Of a stretch of DNA of 43,294 nt, positions 34,309-41,595 are shown piece by piece (position 1 is the stretch's first letter; the number at the start of each line of letters is the position of its first letter). Source of the stretch: Kofleriaceae bacterium (lineage in GTDB: Bacteria > Myxococcota_A > Polyangia > Haliangiales > Haliangiaceae); contig JBKJLC010000156.1 of assembly GCA_046597055.1 (NCBI GenBank), positions 1 to 43,294 on the forward strand. Reading direction: 5' to 3'. The position numbers and the translations under genes were made by a program. A model generated the notes under the pieces. The model was not told the origin of the DNA, did no database searches, and saw only the letters and a list, made by a program, of their open reading frames with translations.

Positions 34309-36387
34309 TCAGAAGAGGCAGTCGGGAACCCGCTCGGTGCCCAGCCCGGCGAACCGCTCGAGCTGGCGCAGCTCGCGCTCCCAGTAGCACAGCTGGTCGG
34401 CCGCGAAGAGCGAGCCGCCGCGGTAGGCCGTCGCGCCGCCGCCGGGCTCGATGAGCCGCGCCGCATGCGGCTCGTGCAGATCGCGGTGGCGGCCCGCGAC
34501 CACGGCGCGCGCCCGCGCCAGCAGCGCGACCAGCGCGGGGTGGCGCACCACGACCCCGACCGGGTTGCCGTCGATGTGCTCGAGCGCGACCTGGTACGCG
34601 GTGACCGCGAACCGCGCCCGCAGCGCGGTGATCGCGAGCCCGTCGCGCAGCTCGCGCGTCCACCGGCTGTCGGGCAGGGCCAGGGCCACCGCGCGGGCGT
34701 CGAGCTCGGCCAGGCGCGCGGCCAGGTCATCGAGCGGCGTGAGCACGTTGGTGATGAAGCGCGCCCGCGCCACCCCGTCGAGCGCGGCCAGCTCGGTGAC
34801 GGTGATGCGGTCGGGCGGCGTCCCCAGATCGAGGTCCTCGGGGTCGACCTCGTCGTGGCCGGCCAGGTACGGCATCAGCCGGTTGAGGAGGAGGGTCCGG
34901 TGCTCGAGCTCGATCAACGCGATCACGAGCTCGACCGCCGGCGCCAGGTCCTCGCCGAAGGCATCGCGCACCAGCGTCGCGGGGTCGCCCGGCAGCGTGA
35001 AGCTCGCGCGCAGCGCGGCGTAGTCGTGCAGCCAGTAGCCCCACTCCCACCCGCGCGAGATCACCACGTGACCGTCGAGCGCCCGGCCGCTTGCCCCCGG
35101 ATCGACGGCCAGCCCGGCGAGATCCTGCCAGCGATTGCGGACGTAGAGCGGCAGCGCCAGCGGCACGCCGAGATCGAACGCCCCACCCGACGAGGCCTCG
35201 GGCGCATACACGACCGGGCGACCAGCACCGATGCGCTCGAGCAAGAACCGGCGGTGCTCGGCGAAGTCGTTGCGACGATAGACCCCGCCGGCGTCCTCGT
35301 CGAGGTCGTAGAACATCGCGGTGTGGACGTCCGGGATCGGCGCGGCGCCGGCGTAAGCGATCAGGAACGCGTCGAGCAGGTCGGCGCCGAGATAGCTGAT
35401 CCGGACCGGCGCGCCGACGTCGACGCCGGCGTGGAGCTCGGCCGCGGGCGCGGCCTGCCGCAACGCGGCCACCGCCTCGTCCAGATCGGCGACCAGCTGG
35501 GCCGGCTCGATCCCGGCGCGATTGCCGAGCTCGACCGTGTACACGTCGAAGCCCAGGCCCGCGACCAGCGGCACCCGGCTCGCCAGCGTCGTCGCCAGCG
35601 TCGCGCCGCTGGCCGGCCCGTCCCACAGCGCCAGCGCCCGCCGCGGATTGCGGAGTCCATAGAGCTGCACGGTGAGCCCGACCCGGAGCCCGCGGCCGTG
35701 GGCGGCCGCGACGATCGCGCCGGTGTGCGCGCGCCACGCGGCCTGGCGCGCCGGGTCGAGCAGCTCCTCGAGCGCGACCCAGCCGACGAAGTTGCCGCGG
35801 TTCTTGATCGTCCAGTCGATCATCCGGCGCGCGTCCGCGAGGTTGGCGTCGCCCGGCGTCCACAGCGCGTGGTGCCCCTCGGTCGGCCGCGCCGTGTCGA
35901 GCTGCACGCCGCGCACGCGGATCGCCGGCCGGTAGATCCGGTGCAGCGAGCCGGCCGCCGCCGGATCGAAGCGCGCGATCGCCGGCGCGTGGGTCGCGGC
36001 CGGATGGCGGAACCGGAAGCCGAGGTTCTCGAGCGCGTGGGCCAGCCCGTACTGCGCGCCCAGCAGGCCACCGCCGCTGACGACCCACGCCGCGTCGCCA
36101 CCGAGCAGGTCGTCGATGCGATAGCACTCGACGCAGGCCCGGTCCGCCTGCACCGCGACGCGAAAGCCGCGACCGCCCTCGACCTCGGCCACCGGGTCGG
36201 CCACCGCGCGCACGGCCAGCCCCGGATGATCGATCAGCGCGATCATCTCCGTCGCCGCCGCCGTCAGCGCCGGATCGCCGACCGGCACCAGCACCGTGAT
36301 CGCGACCGGCTGGTTGTCGCCCAACGTGCAGCCGCCGCCGAGCGCGCCGGCCACGATGGCGGCGAGGACGACCGCGCGCGCGTGCAT
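34309..36387 (-). CDS. Large lipoprotein with GH20/GH67-like N-terminal domain and probable TIM barrel
   Basis: Lipobox GGG-C; VSGGGLLGAQYGLAHALENLGFRF followed by PAIRVRGVQLD resembles the hexosaminidase-like domain 2/TIM-barrel junction; TACGCT 7 nt before ATG. Confidence 0.65.
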   Translation of the reverse strand: MHARAVVLAAIVAGALGGGCTLGDNQPVAITVLVPVGDPALTAAATEMIALIDHPGLAVRAVADPVAEVEGGRGFRVAVQADRACVECYRIDDLLGGDAAWVVSGGGLLGAQYGLAHALENLGFRFRHPAATHAPAIARFDPAAAGSLHRIYRPAIRVRGVQLDTARPTEGHHALWTPGDANLADARRMIDWTIKNRGNFVGWVALEELLDPARQAAWRAHTGAIVAAAHGRGLRVGLTVQLYGLRNPRRALALWDGPASGATLATTLASRVPLVAGLGFDVYTVELGNRAGIEPAQLVADLDEAVAALRQAAPAAELHAGVDVGAPVRISYLGADLLDAFLIAYAGAAPIPDVHTAMFYDLDEDAGGVYRRNDFAEHRRFLLERIGAGRPVVYAPEASSGGAFDLGVPLALPLYVRNRWQDLAGLAVDPGASGRALDGHVVISRGWEWGYWLHDYAALRASFTLPGDPATLVRDAFGEDLAPAVELVIALIELEHRTLLLNRLMPYLAGHDEVDPEDLDLGTPPDRITVTELAALDGVARARFITNVLTPLDDLAARLAELDARAVALALPDSRWTRELRDGLAITALRARFAVTAYQVALEHIDGNPVGVVVRHPALVALLARARAVVAGRHRDLHEPHAARLIEPGGGATAYRGGSLFAADQLCYWERELRQLERFAGLGTERVPDCLF

Positions 36388-36443
36388 CGGCGCCAGCGTA
36401 CACCGACCGGCTGCGGTCGCCTTGGGAACCCGCGGCCGGCCTC

Positions 36444-36592
36444 GCCGTCGGCGGGGCCGAGGTCCCGGCGCTTGCTCGATCCGGGGTCCCCGGGTGCGAC
36501 GCACGCCGGTGCCATTGCCCCAACCCGCCGACGCATGCACCACCCGGCCGTGGAACTTACGAGCGCGCCTGGGACCTCGTCCCCGCCTCGGC
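36444..36592. repeat. Long imperfect inverted repeat (~33-35 bp arms, ~80 nt spacer)
   Basis: Left arm gccgtcggcggggccgaggtcccggcgcttgctcg versus reverse complement of right arm gccgaggcggggacgaggtcccaggcgcgctcg; inner ccgggtg/cacccgg also pair. Confidence 0.75.
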
Positions 36593-36711
36593 TCGTCCTC
36601 CGTGCGGGCCTCGAACACCGGACCGTGCGCGACCGAGACGCGTCGCCCACGACGGGCGGACCTGCACGGCGCAGCGCGCGGCCCCGGGCGCGCTCACATC
36701 ACATCCGCCGC

Positions 36712-37572
36712 TCACGGCGCCGGCGGATCGATCACCAGCTCGAGCGCGATCGGCGGCGTGGTCGCGACCGAGCCGGTGACGGTTGCCTTGCGATTCACCA
36801 GGTCACAGGCGTAGCCGATCGACAGCGACCCACCGGCGGTGATGGGCGAACGCGCGAGGACGGCGAACATTATGCGAAAGGCGTCCTCGCCGACCGCGGC
36901 GACCGAGCGCGGGGTCGTGCCGGTGGTCGCCGGGATGGTCGGCGACCGTGCGCCGGCGGCGTACGAAAAGGCGGCGCTCACCGGGGCCCACGCCCACTGG
37001 ATCTGCACGCCGCCGCCGCCGGGCAGCCAGCCGCGGCGCTCGAGCTCGGCGCGCACCGCGGTGCGGAGCTCGGGGCTGGCGGGCCCGTACTCCAGCGTGA
37101 ACGTGAACGACCCGTACTCCAACGGCGCGATCGAGCCGCGGGTGAACGGCTCGGCGTCGAAGCTCGCGCACTTCTGCGCCAGCGTGGTACCGGCGAGGAG
37201 CCCCTGGTTGGTCGACCGGGTCACCGCGGTCCGGATCAGGCGCAGCTTCGCGGGCCCGCGGAGGACCCGGACGGTCGAGCCGTCCGCCACCAGGTCGAGC
37301 GTGGCGCCGGTCGACGGGACCGTCAGCGTGAAGGTCCGCGCCTGGTCCTGGTCGTCCGGCTCGTCGGTGTCGTCGGACTCGTCGGTGTCGTCTGGCTCGC
37401 CCGGGCCGTCGTCGGGCTCGTCGGTCGGTTCGGGGACACCGGCATCGACCGGCACCGGCTCCTGATCGACGTCGGCGTCGTCAGGCGCGCCGCACGCGGC
37501 AGTGGCGAGGAGAACGAGCGAGCAGGTGACGAGGCGCCGGAGGTTGCCCTGATTGCGGAGCTGGAAGGACAT
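36712..37572 (-). CDS. Hypothetical lipoprotein with Asp/Glu/Pro-rich linker
   Basis: Signal ending ATAA-C; EPDD repeats, including an 18-bp tandem duplication at 37361..37396. Confidence 0.65.
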   Translation of the reverse strand: MSFQLRNQGNLRRLVTCSLVLLATAACGAPDDADVDQEPVPVDAGVPEPTDEPDDGPGEPDDTDESDDTDEPDDQDQARTFTLTVPSTGATLDLVADGSTVRVLRGPAKLRLIRTAVTRSTNQGLLAGTTLAQKCASFDAEPFTRGSIAPLEYGSFTFTLEYGPASPELRTAVRAELERRGWLPGGGGVQIQWAWAPVSAAFSYAAGARSPTIPATTGTTPRSVAAVGEDAFRIMFAVLARSPITAGGSLSIGYACDLVNRKATVTGSVATTPPIALELVIDPPAP

Positions 37573-37584
37573 CACCCGCTGCAG

Positions 37585-37600
37585 TGCAACGTCTGCGCCC
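37585..37600 (-). promoter_or_regulatory. Putative sigma54 -24/-12 promoter
   Basis: Minus strand GGGCGCAGACGTTGCA fits GG-N10-GC (consensus TGGCACG-N4-TTGCW), 12 nt before ATG 37572. Confidence 0.5.
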
Positions 37601-37939
37601 CACCGACACCGCGGGTCTGCACGAGTTGGCAGGCGCGGTCGCCGCCACTTCACGTCCGTGTTGCCTCGAGGCATCCATGTTGCCCCCGTCGGTTCCCCGC
37701 ACCGGCGCGTGACTCCGGCTCGCAACGAACGTTCGTCGCCCGTCGGTGCCGCTGGTTGCCACCCGGGTCGCACGCGTCGCATGAAAATAGTGACCGATGC
37801 CTGCGACCAATCGACCGCCCGGAGGTGTCTGACCCGAACCCCATCGCCGGTCGCTCCTTCATGCGCCCGGAGCTCACCCCGGAGCCCCCCCTTGTTCGTC
37901 CTCGCCGCTCTCCCGCCCTTACAACTCGATGCATCGCAT

Positions 37940-38239
37940 CTACCGACGCATGCGCCAGTAGCCCGGTTCGCGCCCGCCGTACACGACGGCGGTTATCTGG
38001 ATCTCCCTGTCGGTCACGACGTAGACCACGCTGCAGGGGAAACGAACGAGCACGAACCGGCGCTCGGGCCCGTGCTCGTCGAAGGTCTGCCAGCCCTCGA
38101 CGTGCTCCTCGATGTGCTCGATCGCCTCCAACACCTCGTCGTTGAGCTTGTCGCCCCAGCCGGGGCGCGCGCGATCGACGCGGCGCGCGGCGTCTTCGAG
38201 CTCGACGACAGCGGCGGCCGTGAACCGGGCGCGCTTCAC
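37940..38239 (-). CDS. Type II toxin, RelE/ParE family
   Basis: 99 aa; FTAAAVVELEDAA, RRFVLVRFPCSVVY, AVVYGGREPGYWRMR; GTGA overlap with antitoxin stop. Confidence 0.88.
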   Translation of the reverse strand: MKRARFTAAAVVELEDAARRVDRARPGWGDKLNDEVLEAIEHIEEHVEGWQTFDEHGPERRFVLVRFPCSVVYVVTDREIQITAVVYGGREPGYWRMRR

Positions 38240-38484
38240 TTGCCGTTACGCAGGCGCGCGCGGATCCCGGCGATGGCCTCGCGGGCGTCGACCGTCTGAA
38301 CCTCACCCCGCTCGAGCTCCTCGCGTCGGCGGTCCAGCTCGGGACGCCACGCCGCGGCGAGGTCGTCGGGCGACAGGCCCGGGGCGTCCGCGCTCATACC
38401 ATCCAACGCATTCGCCACTTCGGCGCGCTCCTCGGGGCTGAGCTGCATCGCCTGTTCGAGCAGGGCTTTGACGGCGGCGGTCAT
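38236..38484 (-). CDS. Addiction-module antitoxin (TIGR02574-like)
   Basis: 82 aa; LLEQAMQLSPEERAEVA...AAWRPELDRRREELERGEV; directly upstream of the toxin; TACGCT 7 nt before ATG. Confidence 0.88.
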   Translation of the reverse strand: MTAAVKALLEQAMQLSPEERAEVANALDGMSADAPGLSPDDLAAAWRPELDRRREELERGEVQTVDAREAIAGIRARLRNGK

Positions 38485-38759
38485 CGAATCGAGCGTACCG
38501 TGGAACGCGGTACACTGCATCGCGCTCCGAGAACCCTCCGCCTCGTCGGTCCGGCCAGAGCCGGGCAGCGCGGCGGAGGGAAGGATCCCGCAGCCGCTCG
38601 CTCTGCCCATGCTCCTGCCCGGGGCCACCAGATCACGGCGGAGGCAGTCGGGTCACCCAGGATGCAAGCTCTTGATCGTGCAGCAAGCGCTCGGTTTGAT
38701 TAGCATCCCGGGAGATTTCGACCACCGCTACCCTGCCCCGCCGGCACGGGTCGCAGCAA

Positions 38760-38933
38760 CGCGCCGCGTGCGACAGAGCGTCCGCGAGGTCGCGGCGCGC
38801 ACCGGCATGGTGCACCGCGTGTCGCCGCATCGGTTGCGGCACACGGTCGCGCAAGCCTGGTGATCTCGGGAGGCCGGTCGACCAGGTCCGGCAGGTCCTC
38901 GATCACGAGGACAACACGACGACGCACAGCTAG
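38760..38933 (+). pseudogene. Frameshifted C-terminal remnant of a tyrosine recombinase/integrase
   Basis: Across frames: VREVAARTGMVHRVSPHRLRHTVAQA / LVISG / PVDQVRQVLDHEDNTTTHS*; matches HxLRH...LGH...TTxxY with TAG at the catalytic Tyr position (38931). Confidence 0.75.
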
Positions 38934-39035
38934 CTGGAAAGACAGGGGGCCGGCGATCGGCGCGCCCTCGGCGACCCTTTCGGCACGGTGGCTGGGGCCC
39001 GCGATCAACGTTCATCGCGCCGTCCGCGAGGCGCG

Positions 39036-39318
39036 TCACGCCAGCGCGGCCCGCAGCATCGCGCGCAGGTCCTCGTCGCGCAGCGCCACCGTCGCGAGCT
39101 CGTCGGGCCCGAGCCAGCGTCGCTCGCGCGTGCCGTCGGGCCGTGCGCCTTCGTCCAGCGGCCCCAGCCCGCGCGCGGCGAACACGTGCACCCGCTTGTG
39201 CCAGGTCTCGTCGCGCTCGCGGTAGGTCGGGCGTGGTGTGACGCCGCGGGTCGAGCGCGATGCGCGCGAGCGCGGCGTGGTGGGCCGCGAACGCCGGGTC
39301 GTCGAGCAGGCGGGTCAT
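39036..39318 (-). pseudogene. Broken gene: short N-terminus joined out of frame to a NUDIX-like C-terminus
   Basis: ATG 39318 gives MTRLLDDPAFAAHHAALARIALDPRRHTTP; after a shift near 39230 the frame reads TYRERDETWHKRVHVFAARG...ERRWLGPDEL...AALA*; both halves have GC3-rich codons. Confidence 0.5.
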
Positions 39319-39366
39319 GCCCGCGGCATCGTACCGATCCCGGCCGGGTCGCGTAGAGTGTCGCGC

Positions 39367-40437
39367 ATGGACACCCGCCCCATCCCCCGCGCCGGCCGGC
39401 AGGTCTCGGCGATCGGGCTGGGCACCCGCGGGCTCGCCACCCGGCGTGGCGCCGCCGAGGGCGAGCGGGCGATCACCGCGGCGATCGACACCGGCTGCAC
39501 GCTGATCGACGTCGCCCCGGCGTGGGCCGACTCGCAGCAGCTGGTCGGGGTGGCGCTCCGCGAGCTGCGCGCCCGTGATCGCGTCGTCGTCACCAGCCTG
39601 ATCGAGCCGCTGGTGCCGCCACCGGCGGCCCAGTCGACCGGGCTCATCATCAGCCTGCGTCCGACCGGCGCGAAGCTGTCGGTGGTGCTGCCGCCGGCGT
39701 ACGTGCAGCGCGCCGTCGAGGACAGCCTGCGCGCCCTCCGCCTGGACGCGATCCCGCTGGCCCTGCTCAACGGCTGGCGCGACAGCTGGATCGACGACCG
39801 CGCCTTCCCCGAGCTGGTCGGCACGCTCGAGCGCATGGTGTACGAGGGCAAGGTGCTGGCCTGGGGCGTCGCCGCGCGCGACGGGGCCCCCGACGACGCG
39901 GTGCTCGCGTGCGCCCAGCCCTGGGTGGCCGCGGTCCAGGTCCGCCGCTCGCTGTTCGACCGCAGCGCTGACGAGCAGCTCGTGCCCGCGGCCACCGCGG
40001 CCGGGGTCGCCGTGCTCGCGCGCGAGCCGCTCGCGGGCGGCGCCCTCACCGGCGAGATCGGCCCGGGCGCGCGTTTCCTCCCCCGCGACGAGCGCTCGAG
40101 CTGGCCGCCCGAGCGCCTGGCCGCGATCGTCACCGACCTGGCCCGGCTGGCCGCGCTGGTCACCACCACCTCGCCGGCCGCGACCTCGACCCCCGACGGC
40201 AAGGCGATCATCGAGGCCATGCGCCGCGGCGACGACCTCGAGCACCGCACCGTCGCGGAGCTCGCCCTGCGCGACGCGATCGACGCGCCCGCGATCACCG
40301 CCGCGATCGTGGGCGCGCGCACCGTCGCGCACGTGCTCACCGCCATCCTGTGTGCCGACGGCCGCCGCCTGGCGCCGACCCTGCGCGCCGCCCTCGACCG
40401 CCGCAGCTGGGGCGGCGGCTGGTACCCGACCGACTGA
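39367..40437 (+). CDS. Aldo/keto reductase-fold protein, catalytic tetrad degenerate
   Basis: VSAIGLGT, GCTLIDVA, VEDSLRALRLD, EGKVLAWGV, REPLAGGALTG, AIVGART; TAGAGT 7 nt before ATG. Confidence 0.85.
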   Translation: MDTRPIPRAGRQVSAIGLGTRGLATRRGAAEGERAITAAIDTGCTLIDVAPAWADSQQLVGVALRELRARDRVVVTSLIEPLVPPPAAQSTGLIISLRPTGAKLSVVLPPAYVQRAVEDSLRALRLDAIPLALLNGWRDSWIDDRAFPELVGTLERMVYEGKVLAWGVAARDGAPDDAVLACAQPWVAAVQVRRSLFDRSADEQLVPAATAAGVAVLAREPLAGGALTGEIGPGARFLPRDERSSWPPERLAAIVTDLARLAALVTTTSPAATSTPDGKAIIEAMRRGDDLEHRTVAELALRDAIDAPAITAAIVGARTVAHVLTAILCADGRRLAPTLRAALDRRSWGGGWYPTD

Positions 40438-40482
40438 TCGCGGCGCGGCGCGACCGCCGCCGGATCAGGTTCGCGCGCGTCG

Positions 40483-41532
40483 TCAGTCCAGCAGCGCGCG
40501 CACGACCGACCGCAGCCCTTCGGCGTCGACCTGCGCGGGCTTGACCTCGTTGCCCGGCAGCATCCACGGATCCCGCGCGACCGGCTCGAGCGGACGCAGC
40601 CCGTCGAGCGAGTACACGCTGACCAGGTCGATGCCGGCCGCGCGCGCTGCGCCGCGATCGGCGACCAGCGTGGCGGCGTCGGGATACGGCATCGCGACTG
40701 GCTCGATGCCGGCGCTGCCGACGATGCCGAGCGCGACCGCGGCGCGACTGCCGACCGCCTCGCGCGCGCTGGTCGCGTACGAGTAGATCAGGTCGGGACC
40801 GTGCCAGCTGCCCGACAGGTCATGGAGAAGGGACTGGTAGACCATGAACGCGACCTCGTCCCACTTCGGCCCGAACACCGGGGCGTCGAGGCCGTCCTGG
40901 ATGTCGTCGTCGCCGTCGACCAGGTCGTCGAGCACCATCGGGTAGGTGACCGCCGCGACCTTGAAGTGGCGGGCGCGCAGGTCGTCGACCAGCGTCGACA
41001 GCTCGGCGCGGTGGGTCGCGAACGCGGCCGGGTCGCGGCCGGCCTTGATCGCCTCGACCGCGGCCGGGGCACCGCCCGCGCGGAGCAGCTCGGAGATCGC
41101 GCGCGACCGCTCGAGCGGCATCTCGAGGTCGAGCACGATCCAGTCGAGCGGGAGCCGCTCGTCGTCACGCCAGTCGGCCAGCCGCAGCGCGGCCTTGCGG
41201 GTCGCCGGCACGTTGTGCTCGTTGGGCCAGTAGCCGTCGTCCTCGTCGAGCAGGAGCCAGGCGCGCACGCCGACGTCGGCCGCGGCCGCCTCGCGGATCA
41301 CGGCGGCCAGGCCCGGGTCGCCGATCCGTTTGGCGTGGATCGCGAGGTACAGGTCGGCGTTCTCGGTGCGGAGCCAGTCGAGCTCGCTGCGCACCGCGTC
41401 GTCGTCGAGGAACTCCGACCACAGGGCGTCGCCGCGGGCGCCGCGCGGCGCCAGCGCGGTCGGCTCGATGCACGCGGTGCCCACGGCGGCCGTCGCCACC
41501 GTCGCGAGCACCTCGAGCCAGCGGGCAATCAT
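40483..41532 (-). CDS. Lipoprotein with probable glycoside hydrolase-like TIM barrel
   Basis: Signal ending VGTA-C; VRAWLLL, LDWIVLDLE and FMVY recall GH18-like motifs; TATGCT 6 nt before ATG. Confidence 0.6.
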   Translation of the reverse strand: MIARWLEVLATVATAAVGTACIEPTALAPRGARGDALWSEFLDDDAVRSELDWLRTENADLYLAIHAKRIGDPGLAAVIREAAAADVGVRAWLLLDEDDGYWPNEHNVPATRKAALRLADWRDDERLPLDWIVLDLEMPLERSRAISELLRAGGAPAAVEAIKAGRDPAAFATHRAELSTLVDDLRARHFKVAAVTYPMVLDDLVDGDDDIQDGLDAPVFGPKWDEVAFMVYQSLLHDLSGSWHGPDLIYSYATSAREAVGSRAAVALGIVGSAGIEPVAMPYPDAATLVADRGAARAAGIDLVSVYSLDGLRPLEPVARDPWMLPGNEVKPAQVDAEGLRSVVRALLD

Positions 41533-41595
41533 CCGCGCAGCATAGCGCGGCGAGAGGTTGCGACGGTTGCGCATCGCGCGGTACCACGAAGGTCG

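Noticed and set aside
36410..36600. Cobalamin riboswitch (GGGAA seen near 36424)
   Set aside because: Other conserved elements such as the B12 box were not found, and orientation does not fit a 5' leader.
34228..38145. 1305-aa plus-strand ORF
   Set aside because: Antisense to several motif-bearing minus-strand genes; low complexity, no domain signal.
36388..38933. Integron with attC cassettes
   Set aside because: No RYYYAAC...GTTRRRY-bounded attC found after the toxin or lipoprotein genes, and the recombinase remnant is too short to show the IntI-specific insertion.
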